The notes: generated from the letters alone by a model not told the origin. Numbered from the stretch's first letter, positions 28,563 through 38,429 are shown. The stretch: 64,000 nucleotides of DNA from Candidatus Doudnabacteria bacterium (GCA_038230955.1 JBBRMG010000001.1:18312-82311); one strand, 5' to 3'. Numbers and translations are program-made.

Positions 28563-28858
28563 CCTTTAAAAACCGAAAGACACCCATAACGAGTGTCTTT
28601 CTAATAGGAACGTGGTGTGTTCCCAATGTTGCCTAAGGCAATTTTGTTTCTACTATTCATTTTTTGGTCCGTAGTACTGAATTATCACTAAGCGTCATCA
28701 AAATTTTCTTTCTCTAATTCTTGAATTTTCTGTGCGGTGTAATCATTCACACGCATTTTTTTCTCCTTTCCCTCACTTTAACTTCTACTTATCCCTACTT
28801 GAGTTCCGGACTCACTACTAAATTACCATCTCAGTATGATATCTCCGTGAAAAAGTTA

Positions 28859-29236
28859 TTATAAAAGTTCAACGTGCTCGCCTGGCAATGGCGGATCCAT
28901 TTGATCTGGGACTTGATATCCCGCAAATAAGACAAAAATTGATGCGACACCCGTAAAGATTACGTTGCCAACATAAATATCGGACGCCCCATAAAACCAC
29001 GAGCCTACGCTAGCCAAAAATAACAAAACTAATATTATGCCAAAAGCAAAATCAAACCACCGACGCGTTCGAGGCCCTAACTCTCCGGCCATAAAAGCTA
29101 ATATCCCCATAGATAAAAGGAATCCATTGTAACCAGCGCTAGGGATGAACAGCCCAAACAAAGAGCCTTTGGCAAAACTAACCAAAGCGATAACTATGCA
29201 CAACCCACCAATAATTCTAACCATTAATTTACGCAT
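28859..29236 (-). CDS. hypothetical membrane protein (four predicted TM segments)
   Basis: 125-aa hydrophobic ORF. Confidence 0.6.
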   Translation of the reverse strand: MRKLMVRIIGGLCIVIALVSFAKGSLFGLFIPSAGYNGFLLSMGILAFMAGELGPRTRRWFDFAFGIILVLLFLASVGSWFYGASDIYVGNVIFTGVASIFVLFAGYQVPDQMDPPLPGEHVELL

Positions 29237-29339
29237 ACTTTAAGTTTAAATCTGTACAATGAGGGATAAATGAAAAGATTTTAGGTAAATTTTATCTTTT
29301 CTTTAAGGAAATTTTATCTATCCTTCTGTATAATGTATA

Positions 29340-29580
29340 CATGGCGGAGAGTTGTCTGGAGTGACAAGGACTGACAAAACCGTTATACTGTTTTTACCAT
29401 TCAGCCTAAACTCATGGTTTCAAACCCGTGGGCATGGCACAAAAACCTTTCAGAACATGCGGCTCTCCGTCCAGAGCTCTGAAAGGTCATGGCTCGAAAG
29501 GGTCATGGGTAGGTTTCCTACTTCTGGCGGGGGGCTTTATGTTTGCCCGCCCAAAGTACGAACCTCCATAGGGAGGTTTT
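29340..29580 (+). promoter_or_regulatory. candidate structured 5' leader or ncRNA of about 240 nt, ending in an RBS-sequestering hairpin before the small ORF 29581-29769
   Basis: A TATAAT-like -10 box lies at about 29326. Several stable hairpins are present (cctttcagaa...ctctgaaagg; ggcggg...cccgcc; cctccatagggagg). The last hairpin pairs the AGGGAGG Shine-Dalgarno sequence. Confidence 0.4.
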
Positions 29581-29769
29581 ATGTTTTCAGATTACGCAAA
29601 GGATCGAATTATTGAACTGGTCGCGGTCATAGAACTATCGCTTATCCTGGTAGGGGTTATGTTCTATTATCTTTTCCTTCTCCCTCAACAGCAGGAAAAA
29701 TGTCAGCGAGGCAATTCACGTGGGACCAGTGGAATCTCGCAGGAAGCAAAAATAAAAACCCAAAAATAA
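29581..29769 (+). CDS. small single-pass membrane protein (62 aa)
   Basis: AGGGAGG RBS 5 nt upstream, a TM helix, and a terminator-like palindrome downstream. Confidence 0.5.
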   Translation: MFSDYAKDRIIELVAVIELSLILVGVMFYYLFLLPQQQEKCQRGNSRGTSGISQEAKIKTQK

Positions 29770-29779
29770 ATGTACAAAA

Positions 29780-29806
29780 AACTCTCGGGATTCCCGGGAG
29801 TTTTTC
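29780..29806. terminator. bidirectional terminator-like palindrome flanked by A and T runs
   Basis: actctcgggattcccgggagt palindrome with A6 upstream and T5 downstream. Confidence 0.55.
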
Positions 29807-29810
29807 TATT

Positions 29811-30446
29811 TTAAAAGCTTCGCGATTCACCGTACGGCAACGCCGCAAACTCCACGTTGAACTTCTTACACCACATCTCGGACATATAGTAATATGGCCC
29901 GCCGTCAGTTAAAAATCCATCATGAATCGGCAGGCACACTTGTGGTTTAACAGCTGCAATATAATCCAATGTCTCAGATATCTTCTCCCATGGTGCTACT
30001 ACTGGTAACGCCAAAATTTCCACTTGCTTCGGTGGTATTGTTAGACTATCGCCCGGATGGAATAATCGGTCAGCAATGAAATAACAGGTGTTCTGAGCCA
30101 GTGGAATATCGGGGTGAATCATTGCATGGTCATTGCCAAACGCTTCTACTGTAATCCCTCTGACTTCAATTTGAGCCCCCTGTTCCAACAACTGAAAAGG
30201 GATTCCATTGTCTAACAAAAGCTGGCCTACTTCGGTGTTCGTATAGACTAATGCTTTCGAATTGTGTTTTAAAAGATTCTGCAAGTTTTCCGGAACAATG
30301 TGATCCGGATGACTATGAGTAATTAGGACTGCGTCAATGTCAGCCAAACCTTCCGGTAGTTTAGAGTAACTCCCTGGGTCAAACAAAATCCTCGCTTCTC
30401 CCTCCTCCACCAAAATACATGAATGTCCGTATTTAGTAATGTTCAT
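29811..30446 (-). CDS. MBL-fold metallo-hydrolase
   Basis: HSHPDH motif. Confidence 0.8.
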   Translation of the reverse strand: MNITKYGHSCILVEEGEARILFDPGSYSKLPEGLADIDAVLITHSHPDHIVPENLQNLLKHNSKALVYTNTEVGQLLLDNGIPFQLLEQGAQIEVRGITVEAFGNDHAMIHPDIPLAQNTCYFIADRLFHPGDSLTIPPKQVEILALPVVAPWEKISETLDYIAAVKPQVCLPIHDGFLTDGGPYYYMSEMWCKKFNVEFAALPYGESRSF

Positions 30447-31326
30447 TCAACTCGTCTTGGTTAATTTTTTCATTTGCCTGAATCGCTTCCTGATTCAGTT
30501 TCCACGCATCTTCATGGTTGCCAGATTTTAATTGAACGCGCGCCTGATCTAATAACTTACGGGCTTGATCAATATCCCCACGTTTTTTTGACTTGTTATC
30601 TTTATCGTTTAAATGAAGCAATACTTGGGATGATAGAATCGCATTATCTGTAGCATTAATCTGGCTGTTTACAGTAGTCTCGTCATTTTGGTCAGAGTGG
30701 TGTTTATCTTTATCTTTGTCACTATCTTTACCATTAGTGGACAGGTTGAGTAAGTGTTTTTGTTGGGCGGATATAGTAGAGCGGAACTTTTCACGCAAAC
30801 TCGCGGCATCCTCTTTTCGATTATCCGCTTCCAGGCTATCTACTCTTGCTTGAATGTGAGTAGCATGTTTTTGAAAATTAGTTTGTACTTCCGCTTGGGC
30901 AATGGCATCTAGCTGATTGGCTCTAGCCAATTCCTGAGCCTCGTTTAAGCTCCGAGCTGCTAGCGTCATCTCAAATTCGGCTTTCTGGTTTTGATCATGA
31001 ATTAAAGCTAACTGCACAGGTTCATTGACGTTTACTTTCCAGCCGTACAATCGTTGACCCGGTAACGATTTTTCTGCCGCCAATGCAGTGCCCGCTCCCC
31101 CAACTATAACCAAAGCAATAGCAGCTAAGACGACCGGCATAGGGCGCAAAGCAAAAGTACTGAACGCATAACGCAAGCTACCCATGAAATTATCTTTGGC
31201 AGGTAGCGCTACGGTTGGGTGTTGCTCCATGTAGCTCACCAATTGGTCACGCACAAAAGCTTTTCGAGAATAACCGAATTGCACGGATGCTTTAGCTTTA
31301 TTAAGATGTTCTGGTAAATTGTTCAT
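30433..31326 (-). CDS. putative anti-sigma factor (membrane-anchored, coiled-coil/Asp-Lys-rich)
   Basis: Immediately downstream of the ECF sigma factor. One TM segment after a roughly 60-aa cytoplasmic N-terminus. Confidence 0.5.
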   Translation of the reverse strand: MNNLPEHLNKAKASVQFGYSRKAFVRDQLVSYMEQHPTVALPAKDNFMGSLRYAFSTFALRPMPVVLAAIALVIVGGAGTALAAEKSLPGQRLYGWKVNVNEPVQLALIHDQNQKAEFEMTLAARSLNEAQELARANQLDAIAQAEVQTNFQKHATHIQARVDSLEADNRKEDAASLREKFRSTISAQQKHLLNLSTNGKDSDKDKDKHHSDQNDETTVNSQINATDNAILSSQVLLHLNDKDNKSKKRGDIDQARKLLDQARVQLKSGNHEDAWKLNQEAIQANEKINQDELNEHY

Positions 31327-31331
31327 TGCAA

Positions 31332-31835
31332 TTAGTCTTTATTCAATTCTTTTAGCGCAACTACAGCGCGTGTCAATTTAACGGATACGTGGTTAGGAGT
31401 AATCTCTAAAATTATTGCGATCTCTCGCGGTTCCAAGTCATCTACAAAGCGGTAAATTAATAACTGCTTAATATCATCGTCTAGCTGGTCCATAGATTTC
31501 AGTATTTCCTCGGCCATAATCCGATTCTCTACTTCTGTGCCATCATCGCCCATTGGTTCAGCTTGGGGGTTGTTCTCTAAAATCTGCTCTAGGCTCTCTT
31601 CGGTTTTCTTGCGCGAGTTATCAATAACCAAATTGTTAGCCACTCGGTACAGGAATGCCCGAATGTTATCTATCTGTTTGCCCTGGCGTAAGTAGTCCCA
31701 AGTCTTAGTGTATGTCTCTTGGACTAGGTCCTCAGCCTTAGCAGCAGAATAAACGCGAAAAAAGCAGTGCCGATATATTGCCTCTGAATACTGGTCATAA
31801 GCGTCTAAAAATTGCTTTTCCGCTGATGCTTTCAT
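31332..31835 (-). CDS. RNA polymerase ECF-type sigma factor
   Basis: Sigma70 region 2 (DLVQETYTKTWDYLRQ) and region 4 HTH (EPREIAIILEITPNHVSVKLTRA). The ORF extends to 31895, overlapping the upstream gene. Confidence 0.8.
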   Translation of the reverse strand: MKASAEKQFLDAYDQYSEAIYRHCFFRVYSAAKAEDLVQETYTKTWDYLRQGKQIDNIRAFLYRVANNLVIDNSRKKTEESLEQILENNPQAEPMGDDGTEVENRIMAEEILKSMDQLDDDIKQLLIYRFVDDLEPREIAIILEITPNHVSVKLTRAVVALKELNKD

Positions 31836-31873
31836 AATATATGACGGATAATAGAGGGGAGGATTACAAAAGT

Positions 31874-33652
31874 CTAACGCAGTACTCCGCCCCACTCAAC
31901 TACCACAAAACCGCGTCTTTCAGGGGTATGAATGTTATATCCTTGCACTGCAATGGGATGTTGCAAGGGCTGGAAATCCATCAATACCCGAATAATAGTA
32001 TCAGGTCTTGGAGTTACGGCCATTGGTGCGATTTGATCCATCGTCCGATTACCCATAAACGTTACAAAGTAATACGGGGCGCCTTGCATTTTTGGGGTCC
32101 AAAATTCCTTAAAATCAGCTGTCTCTTTTTCATTCAACCCTAGCAATGCCAGTTTCTTATCGAAAAAACCAGCAATTTCTGACTTTGCCACGGCGAATCC
32201 CGTTTTAGGAGTTTCGTAAATACCGCCTCGGCCTTCCCAAAACAAATACGGGTATTGTCGGTTTGTCCCAACTTCGGTCAAATTACCACTAGGATCGGCA
32301 ATAACATTCCAGCCATTATTATATGTTGGTTCAGTGTAAGTAAATCCACCTTGCGGAGCCAACTGAACATTAACTTGTTCCTTTGTTTGTGGGTATAAGT
32401 AGATTACTGGTTTGCCGCACTCTGCTTGCGGAATAAACTGATTGCTTTGAAATTCAACTGTCCGACCAAATGGGTCAATCCAGAAAAAATAAGGACGAGC
32501 TTTCACAAAATCACTGTATGCTAATTTCTGTTGGCCATCCGGCACATAATAGTTGTTGTCATATAAATCTTTTAGTAACGGATTATTGGGATCTTTCAAG
32601 AGGTAGACGATATCACCTTGTGAAGTTTTACCGGAAGCTAATAAATCGGCCATGGATAATTTGGTTGCAGGAACCGTAGCGGTGAGATTAGAGGCACCAC
32701 AACCCCCTACTGTTTTGTAAGTGTACTCTTGCGTATTTTTGCCGCCGCTAGTCCAAGCAATTGCTGGCACATTATCGACTCCGACGAAATTAACACTAAT
32801 AGCATAGGTGAATATACTACCATCGACCCCTTTTATGTAGAATCCGTTGCGGACCATGTACGCGTCATCCAACTTGGTATTGGGCTCGGCCACATTGGTA
32901 TAGACTTGCCCGAGTTTGGGATCCATAAATGCTGGTATGACATTTGCATCCAAAATAAATGGGTCATACGACGGATAGGTCAATTGCAATAATAGTTTTT
33001 GATTGGGCTGGGGGCCACTGAACATCAAGGGAAATTCCAAGTCTGTCAATCGATAGTCCTTATCTATTGCAAACTTAGCGTTAGGCCAAATCGGTTGGTC
33101 AGGATTAGTGTAAGCCGGATCTGAATATTTTCCTAAGACGGTATAGACATTTCCCAACTTGGCTACTCGAGCCATGTTCGATGTATCACCAGGACAATCA
33201 CATCCTGGCATTATAACGAGAAAGTCGGCACCCTTGTATTTACCCCCGATGAAAGTACCTACTTTATAAGCAGTGCTGAATTTCTTATCAGCGGCAGTAG
33301 CATCTGGAGCATCAAAAATTTTCACTGCCCCAATCTTCGCTGGAGTTTGAGCTTTTACGTCTCCCGAAATCTTATAATCAGCGATAGTTGGCACTGTGGG
33401 CAAAGAAGGAGTTACAGGTTGAGGGGTATTTTCTGCTGGCGGTGCAGTCTGGTCAATTGATACTGGCTTAGTATTGGCATTCAAAGGAATAGTGGGATTG
33501 AGTGTCCCATTCTGTTTCTGAGCCCAGTAATATCCTCCGGCGGCGGCTGCAATAACGATGATTAGGGCAATAATGCCACCGGCAATCCATCGAGCCCGAT
33601 TAGACTGAGGCTCGGGCATTAAACGCTGCGGATTATTTTCATCATTTTCCAT
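31874..33652 (-). CDS. hypothetical large membrane-anchored extracytoplasmic protein
   Basis: 592 aa with an N-terminal TM and no recognised domain. Confidence 0.65.
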   Translation of the reverse strand: MENDENNPQRLMPEPQSNRARWIAGGIIALIIVIAAAAGGYYWAQKQNGTLNPTIPLNANTKPVSIDQTAPPAENTPQPVTPSLPTVPTIADYKISGDVKAQTPAKIGAVKIFDAPDATAADKKFSTAYKVGTFIGGKYKGADFLVIMPGCDCPGDTSNMARVAKLGNVYTVLGKYSDPAYTNPDQPIWPNAKFAIDKDYRLTDLEFPLMFSGPQPNQKLLLQLTYPSYDPFILDANVIPAFMDPKLGQVYTNVAEPNTKLDDAYMVRNGFYIKGVDGSIFTYAISVNFVGVDNVPAIAWTSGGKNTQEYTYKTVGGCGASNLTATVPATKLSMADLLASGKTSQGDIVYLLKDPNNPLLKDLYDNNYYVPDGQQKLAYSDFVKARPYFFWIDPFGRTVEFQSNQFIPQAECGKPVIYLYPQTKEQVNVQLAPQGGFTYTEPTYNNGWNVIADPSGNLTEVGTNRQYPYLFWEGRGGIYETPKTGFAVAKSEIAGFFDKKLALLGLNEKETADFKEFWTPKMQGAPYYFVTFMGNRTMDQIAPMAVTPRPDTIIRVLMDFQPLQHPIAVQGYNIHTPERRGFVVVEWGGVLR

Positions 33653-33663
33653 GGAAATAAGGG

Positions 33664-35298
33664 TTAATTACTTGTTTCAATATGTAGCTCTTGAAAGTTT
33701 AGCTTCGCTTTTACTATATCACTGTCTGCTAATTTTAGAAATGATACAGATTGAGCATGGTATCGCATAGGAAATAAGTCATACGTAATCATTGCAGGAG
33801 TAACACTAATTCCCAAAGCCACTGAAATTTGCTCTTGCCCTAGTTGAGCGGGAATCATTTGCCCCAACCCATAGGCAATTAGTCGGTTATTGTATTTTTC
33901 TAGAGGCTGAATCTCTTGAGAACGTCCAACAACTGCTATCGCTCCAGCATCGATGAGAGCGTGGGCAATTCGTTTTTTTTCATTCGCTGCTACAGTTTGC
34001 CAATCCATGGAAATAATTAACGAGCCTGGCCTCAATGCTTTTATTTGCTCTATCATACCCGGTAATGAATCGTGGATGGCTTGCATTTTAACAATATTAA
34101 AATCTTGATTATGCTCACCTGGGACGACAGTAATAGTGGTGGAGTTAGTTCTCTCTATATCAGTCACACCGTTACGCAGAAGATCATCAATTACTTCCTG
34201 GTCCACCACAGTTCCTAATACTCTTGTCAAAGTTTGAGTACTGCCTCGAAACATTCGCAAACTGGAACCAAAAATATAATTTTGCTTAGAGTGATCTAAT
34301 AAGAGAAGGAGCTTCTTGGAACTGCGAATGTCGCCCGGGATAAATAAACTGCGGCGATTATCCATTACTCTATCCCCGGGCCCGTAATATCCTGTGATAT
34401 AACTAGTACCTCTGGTTTGTTGGAGATCGCCGGAAACAATTGAGGAGTTAGAATGATTAGAAATAGTAAATTTTTCTGTATGTCGTGACTTTACATAATT
34501 TAGTAACAAACGAATTGCAGGCTGCGAATCGACTTCTAACCGTGGGATCGCAGTATCATCTAAACTATTGAGCACTTGCTTGCTCAATAAGTCATGAAAA
34601 TCTGCCACCGCCCCGGGCAGATAATGGGAAAAGTCGACTGAAGACACCATAATGACTCTGCCAGAAGTGAAAACACCGATAGCATTATTTAAATCATCAA
34701 TCTCTGCTTTAGTTGTCTTATCTTTTAAGATTATCGGGATCACAGATGCATTAGGCATGACCTTCTTTATGAAAGCCACTATACCAGAAATGCCGTGTTC
34801 AGTTTCAAAAGGTTTTTCCTCTACACTAACATGTTCAGCCTGCAAGTGTTTGATTACGGATTGGTTCGCTGGCAGTACCCCATATGGTGTTTGCCAATCA
34901 TATAAAGACGAAATAAGATTTGCCGAGCCAGCGTTGAAATGATTGGGACTAACCAAAATAACAGTAGTCGGCTGTTCTGATGCCACCACACCTAAGGTTT
35001 CCGCTATAAAAGCTGGGGCCAATAAATGATGGTTGACTACCACCGCAGACACATCTCCTGTTGGCGCGATAGGAGTAGCAGAGGCATCGACAAATGCTTT
35101 ATCAAAAAATTGGCTTTGTGAAAAAATAGAATAATGCAGTCCATGGCGCGGTCCGGTCCCAGGAATATTATTTGTCAGCAAAGGCGCGTGCACCTGTGTG
35201 GCATGCGGCTTATGTCCGGTGCCAAAAAAATAGCCGCTCGCAACGGCGAGTGATGACAGCAGTCCAACGATTATAATAAATTTTTTATTACGCTTCAT
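33664..35298 (-). CDS. fusion protein: N-terminal MEMO1/AmmeMemoRadiSam-B-like domain and C-terminal CapA (PGA-capsule metallophosphatase)-like domain
   Basis: N-terminal VVNHHLLAP...VILVSPNHF...VDFSHY (MEMO1 family). C-terminal DWQTV...ALIDAGAIAVVGRSQEIQPLEKYNNRLIAYGLGQ (CapA-like). Signal/TM at the N-terminus. Confidence 0.6.
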   Translation of the reverse strand: MKRNKKFIIIVGLLSSLAVASGYFFGTGHKPHATQVHAPLLTNNIPGTGPRHGLHYSIFSQSQFFDKAFVDASATPIAPTGDVSAVVVNHHLLAPAFIAETLGVVASEQPTTVILVSPNHFNAGSANLISSLYDWQTPYGVLPANQSVIKHLQAEHVSVEEKPFETEHGISGIVAFIKKVMPNASVIPIILKDKTTKAEIDDLNNAIGVFTSGRVIMVSSVDFSHYLPGAVADFHDLLSKQVLNSLDDTAIPRLEVDSQPAIRLLLNYVKSRHTEKFTISNHSNSSIVSGDLQQTRGTSYITGYYGPGDRVMDNRRSLFIPGDIRSSKKLLLLLDHSKQNYIFGSSLRMFRGSTQTLTRVLGTVVDQEVIDDLLRNGVTDIERTNSTTITVVPGEHNQDFNIVKMQAIHDSLPGMIEQIKALRPGSLIISMDWQTVAANEKKRIAHALIDAGAIAVVGRSQEIQPLEKYNNRLIAYGLGQMIPAQLGQEQISVALGISVTPAMITYDLFPMRYHAQSVSFLKLADSDIVKAKLNFQELHIETSN

Positions 35299-35300
35299 AC

Positions 35301-36518
35301 CTACTTAGCCATTGCTTCGCTTTGACGACTTGGAAATGTTTTTACCCGAAAGAATAATAGAACTACAACTCCCAGCAAGAAAGCAAAGCCATACGGATAG
35401 ATGACATTATATTTTAAAATTATCGCAGCGGTAAAAATGAGTGGGATATCCAGTATGCTTTTTAGTAAGTTCGTCAACGACAGCGTAGTCGCCCTATTGT
35501 AAGACAAGCTTCTCTTATTAAATAATTCTGAATATAGTGGCCAGCGCGTCATTTCAGCCAAGACCAGTAAGCCATAAATTAACAACAGTACGTAAGGGCT
35601 TGGCAACCAAAACCAAGCAACTATAAACAGGCCAACAAAGCCCGTATATAATCCATTCAGCACGTTAATTCGAACCGATACTGATTTTTCAGGAAGGAAC
35701 CACTGGATATTGCGAATAAGCAGAAAGCTAGCCGTATTATACACTGCCCAAAACAACCCTAACTTCACAATAGAAATACCCATGTTAATGAATGATACCT
35801 GGTGATATCGCCACAGGATTAAGGCCGAAGTAAATATCACTGTCCGACTCAAAATTGCATAAATAATTCGTCGCTCTGACCGAATAAGATGCCATGCATC
35901 ATGTAATGCTCCCCGCTCTTGTTGTTCCACATCCATGTAGTGATGCGGTTCAATAATACGTAGGCAGATTATTATGGCAGCTATTACTGCCACCGAATCC
36001 AAGCTCAGCAACAACACGAACTGTGACTCAGACAAACTGTGGGCAATCAGGGCACCAATCAAAGGGGTGGCAATTTTAAACAGACGATCTGCCGCATAGT
36101 AACGTGATAACTCTCGTAAAGTCGTTTTTTCTTCGCCTAATTCCTTGGCTGTATCATAAACTAACGCATCATCCGTACCAGTGAAGCAGGCATAGGACGC
36201 AGCAATGCAGATAAACCCGACGATTATGGGCCAAAACCCATGTCCGATAATCCAAACGACCAATCCGGCCAGATAAATCAGCAACCCCAACACGAGAGTC
36301 GGCTTGCGCCCCCAGCGGTCTGCAAGATAACTTGACGGTACTTCCAAAACCAAGTTGACCACAGCAAATACAATACCGGTATATAAAACTTGGGACAAAG
36401 TTAACCCGCGTCGCAAATAAAACAAAGTACTTACGACGTTAATCAGCTTAACATTAAGCAACGCCTGCACCCAAAACATGTGGCTAAAATTTTTACGCAA
36501 CCCGGCAATACGATCCAT
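35301..36518 (-). CDS. MFS transporter
   Basis: 405 aa, about 12 TM segments, with the MFS motif DRWGRKP. Confidence 0.8.
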   Translation of the reverse strand: MDRIAGLRKNFSHMFWVQALLNVKLINVVSTLFYLRRGLTLSQVLYTGIVFAVVNLVLEVPSSYLADRWGRKPTLVLGLLIYLAGLVVWIIGHGFWPIIVGFICIAASYACFTGTDDALVYDTAKELGEEKTTLRELSRYYAADRLFKIATPLIGALIAHSLSESQFVLLLSLDSVAVIAAIIICLRIIEPHHYMDVEQQERGALHDAWHLIRSERRIIYAILSRTVIFTSALILWRYHQVSFINMGISIVKLGLFWAVYNTASFLLIRNIQWFLPEKSVSVRINVLNGLYTGFVGLFIVAWFWLPSPYVLLLIYGLLVLAEMTRWPLYSELFNKRSLSYNRATTLSLTNLLKSILDIPLIFTAAIILKYNVIYPYGFAFLLGVVVLLFFRVKTFPSRQSEAMAK

Positions 36519-36564
36519 ATGATTAAAACCCCTGCGGGGTTCGGTAATAATAAATAAATTTTTG

Positions 36565-36638
36565 TGGTCGGGCTGCCGGGAATCGAACCCGGACTACATC
36601 CACCCCATGGACGCGTACTACCACTATACTACAGCCCG
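36565..36638 (-). tRNA. tRNA-Pro (anticodon GGG)
   Basis: 74-nt cloverleaf folded by hand: acceptor CGGGCTG/CAGCCCG, anticodon loop AUGGGGU, T-loop TTCGATT, CCA encoded. Confidence 0.85.
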
Positions 36639-36650
36639 GCATCGCATTAC

Positions 36651-37748
36651 CTAGACGACGAAGAAGTCAGATTTACCCGAACCGGCTTCTTCAGCCATTT
36701 TGTGCACTAGTTCGTCCAGCTCTTCATCACTGAAAAAATCTATTGTAATGCGCCCGCCTCGGCCTTGGCGCTGAATTTTCACTTGTGTCCCCAATTTACT
36801 GCGCAATTCGGTTTCCAAAGCCATCAGTTTTGGGTCGGGAGCGGCGGCATCCATTGTGCGCTTAGCTGACAATTCGCGAACCCTTGCTTCCACCTGACGG
36901 ACATTTAAGCCTTGGTCTTGTACCAATTGATACATTGCTAACTGTTTTTCTATATCGGCCAGTCCCAGAATTGCTCTCGCATGCCCTTCGCTAATCTTTC
37001 CTTCAATAACACCTCGTTGAATTTCAGCAGGCAAATTTAATAACCGCAAAGTGTTGGTCACAGTCGGTCGACTCTTGCCCACTTTCTGAGCCACTTGTTC
37101 CTGAGTCAAATGAAATGCTTTGATTAACCTGTCATAGGCTTGAGCTTCCTCAATAGCATTTAACTCTTGGCGCTGAATATTTTCAATTAAGGCGACCTCT
37201 AATTTAGTTTGGTCTTCCATCGTCTTTTTGACAATGGCTGGCACGGTTAGCATTCCTGCTAACTGCGATGCCCGAAAACGACGTTCTCCCACCACCAACT
37301 CATAGCCGTTTGCGGTTTCAGTAACGACTAGCGGCTGGATAACTCCGTGCTCCCGAATAGAATTAGCTAACTCTTGTAATGCTTCTTGATTAAAAATTTT
37401 GCGGGGCTGGTACGGATTGGGCACAACACGGCCGAGTTCTATTTCTTGGATTTGGGCATCAGTATAAGACAGTCGTGATGATTCTGCTGGCGGAGTCTGT
37501 AATGTTTGTGCCGACGGTTGCGGGGGCAGTTGCGCTGCTGGTTGTGCCGACGGTTGCGGGGGCAGTTGCGCAGGTACGGGAGCAGATGCCTGCGGTGCAT
37601 CAGCCACAATCAAAGAAGCCTCAGGCTGATATTGTTCTACCGACTGCTCAGGCATCTTTTCAGGCTGTATAGGCACAGGAGACGGAGTCGAATTTGAACC
37701 CGGTGCGGGTTCGTGACTAATATTTATTTGTGGAGCTAACTGGTCCAA
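36651..37748 (-). CDS. parB: ParB/Spo0J partition protein with a Pro/Gln-rich repetitive N-terminus
   Basis: ParB box GERRxRA (VGERRFRAS) and HTH. The N-terminus contains the tandem repeat AQLPPQPSAQ. Confidence 0.85.
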   Translation of the reverse strand: MDQLAPQINISHEPAPGSNSTPSPVPIQPEKMPEQSVEQYQPEASLIVADAPQASAPVPAQLPPQPSAQPAAQLPPQPSAQTLQTPPAESSRLSYTDAQIQEIELGRVVPNPYQPRKIFNQEALQELANSIREHGVIQPLVVTETANGYELVVGERRFRASQLAGMLTVPAIVKKTMEDQTKLEVALIENIQRQELNAIEEAQAYDRLIKAFHLTQEQVAQKVGKSRPTVTNTLRLLNLPAEIQRGVIEGKISEGHARAILGLADIEKQLAMYQLVQDQGLNVRQVEARVRELSAKRTMDAAAPDPKLMALETELRSKLGTQVKIQRQGRGGRITIDFFSDEELDELVHKMAEEAGSGKSDFFVV

Positions 37749-37769
37749 GAAAATTTTTTAAATTTGAAA

Positions 37770-37855
37770 TGGTGCCGGTGGTGGGAGTCGAACCCACATG
37801 CCCTTACGGACAATGGTTTTTGAAACCATCACGTATGCCATTCCGTCACACCGGC
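37770..37855 (-). tRNA. tRNA-Leu (anticodon CAA)
   Basis: 86 nt with a long variable arm, anticodon loop UUCAAAA, T-loop TTCGACT, CCA encoded. Confidence 0.85.
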
Positions 37856-37891
37856 ATGAATCTGTCAACAAACTGTACCTATTTTATCAGT

Positions 37892-38422
37892 TTATCGACC
37901 CACCGTAAAGAGAAGTGAATACCCAAAATAGTAGATAAATATCGCTCCAATAATACCAATGGCTACCCCAGCGGCCACATCAGTGGCATAGTGATACCCT
38001 ACCACCACTCGAGCCCAACCAGCCATTACACTGACTCCTAAAATAACAGCTCCCGATATTGGATGAAAGAACATAAGCATTACACCAATGCTCGTTAGGC
38101 TCGCCACGTGCTTTGACGGAAATGAGTTGAGCTTCTCAGTGCGCCGGCTAAACCATCTGCTAGTTCTGGGTTCAAAATTATACCGCTGATAAGGTCGTTG
38201 ACGATGATATAGTTGAGCAACAATATTACAGAGTATGCCGCGGCTAAATCCAAATGCGGCCACACATAACAACAACTCGGCCCGTCCGTTGCGGGTGTAA
38301 AGTAGTAATGCCATTGGCATTAAAAGAAAAATAGAATAAATCGACCAAAACAGCCAAAACTGTCGAAACAGGCCAGACTGGGCTAGCTTCTGTTGTTGAT
38401 GACGATAGTACTGTTCTTTCAT
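37892..38422 (-). CDS. PAP2-family phosphatase (BcrC/PgpB-like)
   Basis: PAP2 motifs PSKH and SRxxxGYHYxTD. Confidence 0.8.
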   Translation of the reverse strand: MKEQYYRHQQQKLAQSGLFRQFWLFWSIYSIFLLMPMALLLYTRNGRAELLLCVAAFGFSRGILCNIVAQLYHRQRPYQRYNFEPRTSRWFSRRTEKLNSFPSKHVASLTSIGVMLMFFHPISGAVILGVSVMAGWARVVVGYHYATDVAAGVAIGIIGAIFIYYFGYSLLFTVGR

Positions 38423-38429
38423 GCTTTAT

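Noticed and set aside
28688-28756. A 22-aa minus-strand mini-ORF (MRVNDYTAQKIQELEKENFDDA) with an AGGAG RBS.
   Set aside because: It is too short to support without expression or conservation data. It is noted only as a possible leader peptide.
29352-29615. An 87-aa plus-strand ORF inside the proposed leader.
   Set aside because: It has no RBS, spans the hairpin-rich region and reads through the RBS hairpin. It is more likely untranslated leader.
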